Shown here piece by piece: positions 24,509-36,920 of a stretch of DNA of 52,491 bases. The position numbers were made by a program, and so were the translations under genes. Position 1 is the first letter of the stretch; every line of letters begins with the position of its first letter. The DNA comes from Octopus bimaculoides (Eukaryota), in assembly GCF_001194135.2 (NCBI RefSeq), contig NC_068990.1, forward strand, positions 46,430,639-46,483,129, given 5' to 3'. The notes under the pieces were generated by a model, which did not search any database, had not been told where the DNA came from, and worked only from the letters and a program-made list of their open reading frames with translations.

Positions 24509-25789
24509 GAAAATATTTGGTTGCTTTTCTTTTGTCAAAAAATTATTTTTGCCTTATAATTTTCTTCTTGCAATTCTTTTTAATAGCATATAATTTCTAG
24601 CTAATTGAATATTTTGATTTACAAAACTAGTATATGAGTGCATGTGTGTGTGTGTATGTGTAACATAGATATATTCTTGAGTTACAAGTGATTTGATTTG
24701 ATATCTTCTGTTAAGATTAAAACAATTGTATTGAACTAAGCCATTAAAGACACACACCGTTCACTTTTATATGTAAGACTTGTTACACTTTACTTCACTC
24801 TACCCAATATCAGGTACCAATATATATTGTCATCGTAATGCAACACAATAAAATAAAAGTGCAACTCATGCCATCATAGAAACTGGATCTAAAATGGTGA
24901 TAATGTGTGTTTTTAATGGTTAGAATAACTACCACAGAGCTATTGTTTTAAATATTAATTCTTCACTAATTCTTCTGTATATATGATGTATATTTTTCTT
25001 ATTGTGAGGTTTATTGATAAACTTTAGAATTAAAATTAAGAAATTTGACTTCCTTTATATTGTTCTAACATCATTTTGTGTCTTAAAGAAAGACAACCAC
25101 TGATATTGAGTACATAGAAGTAATCATGGAGAAAGATATTTCAATCAAGTTGCATCAGGTTATTAGCAAGTCTCACACTTGGTAAAGAAATGAAAATTCT
25201 TTCTTTTTCACAGATTCAGAATTTAAATTGTTCAACCTGAGACGATATGGTTTTGAGATCTTGTGCAGTTTTCTGAAATCTTTCTTAGATTGGTTAACAG
25301 GGCATCATCTCCACAAATTGTTTCATCTTTGTCATCATCACTATGAGTTAATATTCAGACTTATTTGAAATCTCAGATATTTTATGCCAATTTTCCCCCA
25401 TTTACCATTTAAAATATTTTCTATTTTCTTCATAAACACTTACTTTACTATTTATTCCTATGCTCTTTTTAAAATACATATCCCATGTATTCTTACTTTT
25501 AATTATTCAAAATTTAATATTTCTTTATTAATTTGAATATTTGAATGATATTCAAATATTTTTCTTTTAAATGTCTTGAAACCGTTGCCATTAAATCGAA
25601 CTATTTTATGTGGTGGACATCTCTTTTAGGAGATGTCTTATTGGAGAAATTACAGGAAAGTTTTTCTTTTTGATTTTTGGCTTCTTAAAGTGTATTTTTC
25701 TAAAATGAAAATATATTTCGTCCAAATTCCCTGAAGTAGTCTGATTAGCAAAAATATGATTTGACTTGTATATACAAACAGAAGAGTTT

Positions 25790-25831
<42 letters not shown>

Positions 25832-27183
25832 TAAAATATAATTTAGAGAAAAAAACCACAATTATTTAATTTATCCGAGAAAATCCACAATCACATATAG
25901 AAAAATTTAATAAGTAAATACACTAAAAAGACCTGTACTTTTTTTTTATTATAGNNNNNNNNNNNNNNNNNNNNNNNNNNNNNNNNNNNNNNNNNNNNNN
26001 NNNNNNNNNNNNNNNNNNNNNNNNNNNNNNNNNNNNNNNNNNNNNNNNNNNNNNNNNNNNNNNNNNNNNNNNNNNNNNNNNNNNNNNNNNNNNNNNNNNN
26101 NNNNNNNNNNNNNNNNNNNNNNNNNNNNNNNNNNNNNNNGTTCATTGTGGTCTGTCAGCATTTAATGAATATAAACAGATTAAAAAGGAAATAATTGGTT
26201 TGGTGGGAGGAAAGGAAAAGCCTAGTATTTCAGGCAGAACCTAGTGTGTCAGACATTATTTTATAATACCAAAACTTATACACAGATATAAGCATTGCTG
26301 TGTGGTTAAGAAGTTTGGCTTGCAACTCAGTTGTTTTGGGTTCAGTCACACTGCCTGGTACCTTGAGCAATGGCTTTTGCTATAACATGGAGCTGAACAA
26401 AGGCTTTTGAGTAAATTTAGTTGGCAGAAACTGCGAAGAAGTTTGCTGTGTGTGTATGTGTGTGTGTGTGTGTGTGGTTCTGTACCCTTGTCTTGACATT
26501 GTACTAATTTTAAACAACTATGACCATCATACCAGCAGTGCTGTTTATTTGCAATCTGCCATGAAAACATGTCCAGACTAATGGAAAATATCACTTTGCT
26601 TGGAAACAGGTGTGGGTTGACAGCAGGAAGGGCATCCTGCTGCAGAAATCTGCCTCAACAAATTCCGTCTGACCCATGCAAGCATGGAAAAATAGGCATT
26701 AAAACAACAATGATGATGATGATGTCATATTAAATTCTCTTAGAAACTCAGCTGCAAATGCCAAGTGAATTTATTTATCTACGGCATTAAAATATTGTAA
26801 AAGTATGGAAGCCTGTTCTACATTCCTATATGAACTTCACTATGAGGTGGTGATGTCATTCCAAATTTCACAATACAGTTTTTCAGGTTATCTGTTATTT
26901 TTAGCTTAGTGTATTGCTCAAGAATAAAGCAATCCTCTTAGCACTATATGAGCTTGGTAATTGCCCTTTGTCAACATTGATTGAGAAAACCTCTTTTTAA
27001 AGGCATTCCAGCCGTGACCATACTGTCTTTTTAGGAGTCTCTAGAATTGGATTATTTTCCACTTAGCTTCTTTGGTATCGATACCATCTACAAGCAAGAG
27101 TTTTCTCCCTTATATCTATTTTTATATATATATATATGTATATATACTTTATTCAAAAGCAGCAGAAATATAACAAAAAAAAC

Positions 27184-27222
<39 letters not shown>

Positions 27223-27893
27223 ATAAACCAGTGGTCAGTGTTACATATTTTCTGTGCTGTCGACAATAAATTGTGCTTTTAGCTTCAAGTTAGGTCTGTT
27301 CAATAAGAGTTTTGATCAAAGGTATCTTAGCCATAACCATCTCGATCCTTTTGTTTATTTTTATTTTTTTAGCGACATAGTGTATATTGTATTCTTTGGG
27401 TTTTCCTTTTTAAATTTTAGTGTGGTTTGAGAAAAATTTGGTTACTGTTTCTAAGTGTAAGTGACAACACGGAAGCAGTGTTCTTAGCTAACACTTGTTA
27501 TTATTTTAATATTAGTATCTATTTTGATATATCTTGATCATAAAGATATGTTGCATTTATTGATGGCTGTAGAGACATGTCCCTCTGGTGTGACAATTTG
27601 ATGATGTCATTACGAATTTCACAATACAATTTTTCAGGTTATCTGTTATTTCATCTTCGTCTGAATGAAATAGTGTTTGTGAAATACCAGTTCCACCATC
27701 AGGTTGACTTAATTCTACTAATCTCCATGTACAATTGCCACTTTGTGTAATTTTGATATTGTATTACTTTATTATTTAGAGGTAATTCGAGGTGATTTGG
27801 TAGAACTAAACACATTTTATATAATACAAATTTAATATATACTTGTACTGTTCCCCTCACCACCACTGTATCCAGATTTTTTTTAATGTGTAT

Positions 27894-27962
<69 letters not shown>

Positions 27963-28033
27963 CTAAGCACATAAATGCAAAACGAGGTGGGAAAAATAGT
28001 ATTCAAATACTGAAGGTAGAGTAATATGCTTTC

Positions 28034-28219
28034 TTAATAAAACTGCAAAAACATCACAAAAAACTGTTACTTAGAGTTTCACATTCTCGTTCACTTGCAA
28101 TCAAGACTGGAATAAAATTGTAAAATAAATTTTATTCCAGTCTTGATGACAACTGTCCGATGAATGAGGATGTGAAACGCTGAGTAACAATTTTTGGAAT
28201 GTTTTTACAGCTTTATTAA
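28034..28219. mobile_element. Foldback of a Penelope-like pLTR fragment with degenerate hammerhead (28151-28192, +)
   Basis: Arms 28034-28119 and 28129-28219 are imperfect reverse complements. Right arm reads AACTGT-CCGATGA-ATGAGGATGT-GAA-ACGCTGAGT-A-ACAATT. Confidence 0.55.
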
Positions 28220-30809
28220 AAAAATATGTGTGTGTGTGTGTGTGTGTATAGTCCATTATGTTAAACTCTAGAACTTATTGTCTTGACTGTTAATTATTTT
28301 ACAGTTTAAATTAAAATTGCATTTAAAGAAATATGCTACCATCTGGTTATGGTTTATGTTTTAAAAATGTCTTAGAAGCTTTTATTATTTCATTGCTTTT
28401 TTTTTTTAAGGAAGATAAACATTTGTCATATTCAGTATGGATGGNNNNNNNNNNGACAACAAAATACAAAAATTACTATTTTTATGAAGTTTTCTTATTT
28501 GTATATCTTGAACAATTGTTAATAAACCAAATGAAAAGAATTAGCTTTATTTTGTTTATTATGTTATGGATAATTCTTGTAGAGTAAAGGAAAGTTGTTA
28601 GATAATAATCTATGACTCTATTTTTATTCTTCTGTTATGTAATCTTTTCACTTATTTTTGTAATATTCTTGGGACAAGTTGGATAACATTGTTCGTGATT
28701 ACTCCCCACTGAAGACTAAAACTAGGCAAGGATTTAAAAAAAGACATGAGTGGAAACTGAAGTTTGTTGCTGAAGAAAAGCAAAATTGAGAGAAAAACAG
28801 CATCAGGACATGATTGTGAGACAGTGCTATTAGATGCAGTCACAGTAGCCAGAACTGTTACTCACATGTGGTTATTTACAGTTGCAGTAAATACTATTCT
28901 ATCAATAAGACTAAAACAAGACTTTCCTGGTGTAGATCCATGGTCTTGCAATACTAACTTTGCAAGGTGCTGCCATCTATCATTGTATTACTGATATTCC
29001 CATTTCCCTAAAACAAATTGTGCTCATTACCCATTGCAGGATCTTAATTGATAGCAATCTACTTGAGACAGTTTCTGGTTCTAAGATACAAAAATCTCTT
29101 GTTCCAAAGTGGTTACATTTAGATTTAAAATATTCTAAATATTGCACCATAATCTTATGTATAAATCTCTTGTTATGTTCTAAATATCAGTATGATAACA
29201 AAAATTTAATTATTTTACTAAATCTCTCCAGATTCTTGATTATTTTAAAAATTAGTTGCATCATTTAAGCAGGATATTTCAATAGAAATGGGATCATGAA
29301 AGAATTCATGTTATTTTAGGTGAGGTAAAGAGTTTTTTTACTTCCATTAAAGTTAAATCTGCTTCAAACTTTCAAACTTTTAAGGTTGGATCTTATCTTT
29401 TGCGGGGAATTTTGGTGACTAAGAGAACTCCTGAACAGGGTACATATTCTTTGCAGGATTAACTCCCAGCTGCTGCTGATACTCATTTTTCAACTGAGTG
29501 TATTGGAGTAACATGAAATAGTGTCTTACTCAAAAACACTATGTACTGTTTAGTCTGAAAATTGAACCCACGATCTAATTATTATGAGTCCAACATTAAT
29601 CATTAGATCTTCCATCTTTACTTTTTTGCTTTTTTTTTCAATCCCGATGATTTTCTTCAATTTTTATTCCTTATGGTTAATTATCACACTTTACACAAAC
29701 CATTTGAATTGCGTCCATACTTTATCACTATTACAGTTTATATCAAAAATGGTGGATTAACAGAATTGTTTTGTGCATTGGACAAAATGCTGTGCAGTAA
29801 CTATTTCTGCTCCCTTTACATTCTGAGTTCAAATCTTGCCAAGATCAACTTCTACTTCACTCTACTGAGCTTGATTTAATAAAGTACAAAGGAATTACTG
29901 ACTTAAACCATTTTATTAAATATAAGCATCCAAAACGGCTGAGTTGTTAGAGCATAGGACAAAAATTGTGATATTTGTTTCAGTTCCTTGTGTTCAAATT
30001 CTGTCAATGTTTTGGGGTTGATAAACAAAATAAGTACCAAGGCAGAAGGTTGTTTAAGTTCTTAGGGCATTAGATGAGCAGCTATAAGAATATTTAGTTT
30101 TGATTATTTGTATTTTGAATTTTTGGATGGAAGCTGTATTTTATTGTCCACTTGATCACCACTGGCCTCTGGTTCTTGTATACCATTGACAGAGTTAACT
30201 CTAGTTTGAAAATAACTTCTTCCTTTCCTACTTGTCACAGAGGCTTTGTAAAGCTAAACTGTCATAGGTGTTGTCCCCATCCTGACTAAACTGTATATAA
30301 ATAATATAATGGAGATTTCTGTTAACCCTTTTGTGTTCACAGATATATTTTATATGAAGATAAAAGGTGTAGATGTATGAATAACAGTTTGTTTCTCAAT
30401 CACATGGCTTTGAGTTCAGTTCCACTGTATATCACTTTAGGCAAGTGTATTCTACTATAGCCCTGAATTGACCAAAGGTTTGTGAGTGGATTTGGTAGAC
30501 ATAGACTGAAAGAAGCCTGCATGTGTGTGTGTGTGTTTGTATTATTGTCTAGATGGTTGTAAATGAGCATCATACAAGTGAGGTTGTTCATTTCCAGTCT
30601 TTGACGAAACATATCAGACACTGAGAAAATATTACCTTGCTTGAAAACAGGTGACAGAAAAGGCACCCAACCATAGAAAAATCTACCTCAACAAATCCCA
30701 TCTGACCTATGCAAGTCTCAAAAAATTGATGCTGAATGATGCTGCTGCTGATAATACGTACATTCAAACACACACACGCATATACATATAAATATATTTT
30801 AATTGCCTC

Positions 30810-30870
30810 GATAACTGAAGAGATGCCGGTGCAGGTTTTCGCCCTGACATCCGAAACTCGGAGTTTTATT
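30810..30870 (+). ncRNA. Type I hammerhead-ribozyme-like motif
   Basis: GATAA-CTGAAGA-GATG..CATC-c-GAA-ACTCGGAGT-T-TTATT; stems I and II pair, stem III near-palindromic. Confidence 0.7.
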
Positions 30871-31013
30871 ATGGCAACTGAATAATTGTCACATATTATA
30901 TTACAAATAAATTCCTCTATTTACACAATATCGAGGCCTCTTTCATTCTTTTGTTGTCTTATCATTACTATTAATACACACACACACACACAAACACATA
31001 TATAATATATTAT

Positions 31014-31190
31014 CAACTGCACTTTATGTATGTGTTTTGTTTGCTGCCATACAGCACTTGGGGAATGACTCCCTCATAATGCTGTCTATCACTTTCAGGT
31101 ATTTTAATACCCAGCATTATGAGGGAGTCATCCCTCAAGTGCAGCAAACCGGTGAACAAACAAAACATACATTTAGTATGTGCAGTCGAC
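31014..31190. repeat. Long imperfect inverted repeat
   Basis: Perfect 20-bp core ATGACTCCCTCATAATGCTG (31065-31084) / CAGCATTATGAGGGAGTCAT (31112-31131), with outer arms tatgtatgtgttttgtttg / caaacaaaacatacat. Confidence 0.85.
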
Positions 31191-31228
31191 AATGTTTACA
31201 ACATTAGTGCTGCTTTTAATTCGTTATG

Positions 31229-31275
<47 letters not shown>

Positions 31276-31476
31276 GACCATAAAGTTTGGATACAAGAAT
31301 ATTACTAATATTCTTGTTTTTGTTTTTTTCTTTCATAGATCGAATGTGTTATTTTTGCTTATGTATCTATGTATGTCTGTATGTATCCATCCATCCCTCC
31401 CATTTTGTTTCAGTTATTTCATGAAACAATATTTTGTACAATTTGAAAAACGTTCTGTGATGTCATTTCAGTTGTG

Positions 31477-32253
31477 GGATCTTTATGATTTGACGGGCAA
31501 CATTTTTTTATGTAGTGTTTTTGGTACCGAAACACTTTCAAACTTCGAATACTTGTATATTTTGTGTTATAGAACAGATAAAAAAATTTTGTATTCGAAG
31601 TTATTTCATGTAAAAAATTGTATTTCGGTAATTTCAACCAATCACTGACATCTATTGAGGTGAAAACAATTACGCCGTGGAATGTAAACAACGGTGTTAC
31701 AGGATTTTTTTCCCTTGAATAAAATTAGTGCCGTTGTTTGTCAACAAAAACTATCCGTTGTCAACAACAACTATCAGCGGTATATATTTCGTTTGTCACT
31801 GTTATTTATGACATCGTTCGTGCGTTTGTACTGGTTTTAGGGTTAGGGTTCGGGTTCGGGTTTTAGAGTTAGGGTTAGTTCTAGGAATACGGTTAGGGTT
31901 ATGATTATTTTTGCCATAACCTTAACTCTAACCCTATAACTCATAACCATAACTCTAACCCTAAAACCCGAACCCTAACCCTAAACCCTTTCTAGGGAAT
32001 AATGATATAATTAAACAGGGAATAACACACTTAACACCGAACAGCACTAACTGTATTCAGCTGAATAGACGTCAGTGATTGGTTGAAATTACAGAAATAC
32101 GACAACTTTAACATGAAATAAATTGCGATGTACAATTTTTTGTTAAGAAGGTTAAGAGAAGAAGTTGTTTTATATGATACATTCTACCAGTGTCCCAAGT
32201 TTGAAAGTGTTTCGTTAAGCAAACAAGTGTTGCCCGTCAAATCATAAAGATCC
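31477..32253. mobile_element. 777-bp MITE with GGATC ends, 8-bp TSD and internal telomere-like repeats
   Basis: TIRs GGATCTTTATGATTTGACGGGCAACA / TGTTGCCCGTCAAATCATAAAGATCC. TSD CAGTTGTG at 31469-31476 and 32254-32261. GGGTTA-like tract 31836-31880 then TAACCC-like tract 31915-31987. Confidence 0.9.
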
Positions 32254-33572
32254 CAGTTGTGATTTTACAACACAGAAATTTTAAGGGAGGTGATATTTTT
32301 GATATTTCCCTCAACACTTATGCAGAGTGGGCCAAAAGTCCCGCACCAAAACATTTTTTTTTTTTTTTTTATTACATTACGTTATTCATTTTGTTCAACA
32401 CGTGCAAGTACATATGTATTCATCATTATTTTATTCAATTTTAGAAAAATTGAAGCATGCCTTTTGGCAATTCTGGAGTGTATTGAACTTGTTTTGTACG
32501 TAACATTTGGCTCACCCTTTAGTTCATTTGTAAATTTCGATACATTTCTATTATGATATCACGACATACCAATTTGTCTTGTGAATATGCAATCAATGAT
32601 TTTCAAGTAAACCCTTAAAAAAAAAAACGAAAAATAAACAGTGATATTTCGCTTTAGAGACATAAAAGTGTAGGTTTCAAAATTAAAAATGAAGTCAGGA
32701 ATGTACCAAAATAATCTTGGTTATCACGAGTAAGAGAAGCGAATAAGAAAAGGCTTTAAAATAGGTTATTATTAACATCATTATTATAGCTTTCGGTTTT
32801 CATATCTCAAAAGCATTTTTTATGTAATCTACGAAAGCCATTGCAAGTTGATAACTCATCTCGGAATGTAATCAAGCATCTTATTTGAAAACTCACTATG
32901 AGAAGAAAAGCATTTAAAGTTAATTAAATTTAGCCATTGAAAAAATGAAACCTACAATAAATCTATAACAATGGCGTTTGATAACCTACCTTAAACATTT
33001 ATTCCTTTCACTTACTGAAGATAATCAAGTTTGTTGGTACATTTCTAACCTTATCTTTCACTTTCAATCTAGTCCTTAAAGTGCAAAAATTGAATTTATT
33101 AAATTCACACATAAAACATTAAAAAAATAAAGTTCGTTTTTGCATTTTATTTTTGGTCAAAGTTTATTTTTCCTCAAGCGTCACCAAAAGCAAAAAATAG
33201 CCACGGGCTGTTCACTTTCAAATATAACAATAGACTGTGTGATGAAAGTGGGGAAGGAAAAAAGGAAGAAGACAGAGGAATATAACGAAAAATAGCGACA
33301 AGCTTAATAAAGTTAATTCTGCTGTAAATCTATTTCGATTTATTGAATGCACTTCCTTGGGCACTTATTTTGTAATCATGTTCAGTCAGTAAAATAGTCA
33401 ATTCTGCTGTGTGTAAGATATAGTATTTTCTACATGGATATTTGTTTATATTCAACAATTACGGGGGAAGCAATCATGTAAACATTTCTTAGCACGAATA
33501 AGATGAATTCACTCACACTTATCATTTATCACTTTATGTATGAGGAAATTTTGATTAAGATAATTTACTGAC

Positions 33573-33960
33573 AGTATAGTTACTACTCTCATCTCTTTTT
33601 GAGATTTTCTAACTGACTACCTTGCTTGTTGCAAATTAGTGACCGATGGTCGCTTTGTTTTCTAAATATTGCGAGGTGGAGCGGACTCTCCCCATCTCTA
33701 GCAGTCGGGTGTTCGCTACTGAGGACGAGCAGAAATAGCTTGAAACCGAGTCGGTTTCGCGATTCTGTTGTCTTCTGGCAGATGGTTGGCTTCCCTGCTT
33801 GCAATATGTGCAGGCTGCACTTATATCCAGTTGGCGGAAGATCTGCCTAGGGTTAAAACGGTGATGACATCGAACAGCTATATTGATGTGGCGATTAACT
33901 TCACTTGTAAGTATAGTTACTACTCTCATCTCTTATTGAGATTTTCTGACTACTTTACTT
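33573..33960 (+). mobile_element. 337-bp unit with ~50-bp terminal direct repeat containing a hammerhead-like motif (33713-33762); retrozyme- or pLTR-like
   Basis: AGTATAGTTACTACTCTCATCTCTT..TTGAGATTTTCT..GACTAC at 33573 and 33910. Internal TCGCTA-CTGAGGA-c-GAGC..GCTT-GAA-ACCGAGTCGGT-T-TCGCGA. Confidence 0.55.
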
Positions 33961-33993
33961 GTTATATATATATACACACACCCACACACACAG

Positions 33994-35220
33994 ACGTGCA
34001 AGAAGTAAATAGACACTTTTAATTTTCAAAATTTCTGAAAACATATTAAGACGCTCAGGCGTCTTAATATGTTTTCAGCGGTGTAGAATTTATAAGGTAA
34101 TTATTCTTTTTCATTCCAGGTGCCATTATATTAAACATTTGCGAAGAGTAACCATGCCACGCACAAAAATTCAGCAGAACTATCAGATTTTCAAAGAGGT
34201 CGTATTGTTGGGCAATCTGAGGCTGGTCTTAGCCAGCGAAAAATTGCCGAAAATCTTCAAATTCCTCTTGCTACCGTTAATAAAATTATAGTGCAATTCA
34301 AAAGCCAAGGAAAAGAATCAACAAATTCTCGTCCCGGCCGACCTGGGCCCTCGGAAAGGAAGCTTCGGCGTTTGAAGAGAATTGTGGAAAACGAACCCCG
34401 TTCAAAGGTTTCTGACATTGCAAGACAGTTAGAAGTTAGTCCAAGAACGTGTGTTACATATCTGCATAAGCTTGGATATTATGGACGAGCAGCTAGAAGA
34501 AAACTTCCCCTTCAACCAATTAATATCATGAAAAGAAAGAAACGGACTAAGGAAATGTCAGACAAATCCAGTTCATTTTGGGATAGAGTGATTTTCTCAG
34601 ATGAATCCAGATTTGCATTATTTTCAGACAGTAGACGTGTTTGGGTCTGGAGGCTTCCCAATCAAGAATTTGATTTGAAACGACTCCAACTGTGAAACAT
34701 GGCGATATCTCTGTAATGGTATGGGGAGCTGTCACCAGCAATGGTCATTCTGAGCTGATCGAATGTATTAGAGCCATAAGCTCTGAAAAATACATCGAAA
34801 TACTTAAGCAAGGACTACTTCCGATGTATTCACACGATAACATAACGAAAAATGAGTTTTTATTCATGGAAAGTGGGGCTCCATGCCACACAGCGAAAAG
34901 GAATCAACGATGGTTGACTGAAAATGTTAACAAAAAGCTTCCTTGGCCGAGCCAATCTCCTGACATGAACCCAATTGAAAATCTTTGGAGCATACTAGAT
35001 AGAGCTATACGAAAAACTCGATAAAAACCTAAATCTAAAGATGAATTGGTTCGATTGTTGCGTGAAAAATGGACAGTTTCTGAATTAAAAACTGCAAAGG
35101 GAATGTCAACTAAATACTAAAGTATGTAGTCCTACCTATCGATTACATTTCAATTGTTCGCTTTGCGTATTAAATAAGAGATTTTGAAAATTAAAGGTGT
35201 CTATTTATTTCCTGCATATG
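33994..35220 (+). mobile_element. Tc1-family (DD34E type) transposon relic
   Basis: About 38-bp TIRs (gtgcaagaagtaaatagacactttt / aaaggtgtctatttatttcctgcat). Paired-like [48 protein letters not shown]; frameshifts near 34170 and 34692. Confidence 0.92.
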
Positions 35221-36090
35221 TGTGTGTGTGTATATATATGTATATATNNNNNNNNNNNNNNNNNNNNNNNNNNNNNNNNNNNNNNNNNNNNNNNNNNNNN
35301 NNNNNNNNNNNNNNNNNNNNNNNNNNNNNNNNNNNNNNNNNNNNNNNNNNNNNNNNNNNNNNNNNNNNNNNNNNNNNNNNNNNNNNNNNNNNNNNNNNNN
35401 NNNNNNNNNNNNNNNNNNNNNNNNNNNNNNNNNNNNNNNNNNNNNNNNNNNNNNNNNNNNNNNNNNNNNNNNNNNNNNNNNNNNNNNNNNNNNNNNNNNN
35501 NNNNNNNNNNNNNCGAAATCACGCGTAAACGGCTCTTTTCCCCAGAAAAGGAAAGATTTTGGCTGCTACTTCTTGCATGCCCTGCTACTACGTAACAGGT
35601 ATTTCGGACCCTTTATCACAAACAGTTGTTACATGGTAGCAGGGCGTGCTAGAAATAGCAGCTAAATCTTTGGAGGTGAGATACGTTGAATGCACTCGAA
35701 AGAAACCTATAGAAAACAAAAACTATTTCACACCGAAGCTATGAACGGGTCTTTTACGAAATATTTACCATATTTTTAAAGTCATTTTCACTTTAAAATA
35801 TTTTGCCCATCATGATGTGTCTAATGGAAAGATTAGAGTTTCTTCCCTTTCAGGGTTAAGTTATTTTCGGAGTATTTTCCCATTATGAACCATTTTGGGT
35901 ATTTATATACCTCAAATATCTTAATAACTATTAGTTCGATTTACGCGAAACTTGTTTTATTCCGTTTGTATTCACATTTCAGGGGCACTTCACTTTCAAA
36001 GTATTTTCCTATTATGCGCCATTTTGACTGTGTAACATTGCAAGCAAGCAAGCAAGATTGAAGTTAATTTTTAATGTATTGTATATATAT

Positions 36091-36920
36091 AGGAATCTTG
36101 CAGGCATGAAGTGGATTCGATCCACTATACCCAAATTTGAATTAACACTGCGTCAGAATTTTCCCACGGTGGAACAACGGTCTTGATCTGTCAGCAGTTA
36201 GATATGTCCCAGACGCCTTTAGCTAGGCCGAAGCGGTGTCTCCACCACTTGACCCTTTCTGACTTCTTCTACTCCATCAAATCTAGAATAGAGATAACAA
36301 GACCGCCAGCTAAATCCTTTGTTCTCAGTATCCTTCGAGATAGCTATAAAAACAGGAGACCCCAAGCAAAATTTAGTTTAGTCACCAGTCGGTGACGCCC
36401 CAACAGGCTAGTCACCAGTCGGTGACGACTCAAGGAGAACGAAGTCTGGCTGACCAGCTACAACCTTGGCCAGAGGGAGAAATGAAGTTTACTGTCAGCC
36501 ACTGTGAGACAACGTCGCACACACTGTAACTATTACGAGCTCGCATCCTTTTCTCTTTAACACTACCATCTCTCTCTATATATAAATACTACTATGAGAA
36601 AGTGTACATACAGATACAGGCCGAAATTCTTTACCTTGCATGCTTTACGTACAAACTCTTATACTATTACACTGGCCAACCCGTCGTGGTATGGCAACTA
36701 TGCAAGTAACGGTAAATAAATATTTTCTTAAAAACTTCGTGAATTGTTCATCTTGCGCATCCTGCAGCACATCGCTACAAACTAACAATTATCATTACAA
36801 TTGGTAATCTCCGACTTTAACATCTTTCAACCGTTACATTGGTGACCTTCCGACAAACATTAACATTTCGATACCGTTACAAATGGTGACCCTTCCGTCT
36901 CCAATAACCCTACCGTTACA
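36091..36920 (+). mobile_element. Solo LTR-like element between (TA)n tracts, with internal LTR-end/PBS repeats
   Basis: Shares start motif (gcaggcatgaagtggattcgatcc), gtaacggtaaataaa and ccgttaca end with the 43771 and 46383 LTRs. Confidence 0.65.

Noticed and set aside
25200-30300. Scattered minus-strand exon-like stretches (25230-25350, 28865-28975 with GTGAGT donor, 30100-30255)
   Set aside because: Each lacks a proper polypyrimidine acceptor or an open compatible frame; no coherent gene could be built. A minus-strand transcript is not excluded.
33860-33950. C/D box snoRNA (TGATGA at 33862, CTGA at 33947), U3 or RNase P RNA
   Set aside because: No terminal stem or guide evident, the D box falls inside the direct repeat, and the conserved U3 and RNase P signatures are missing.
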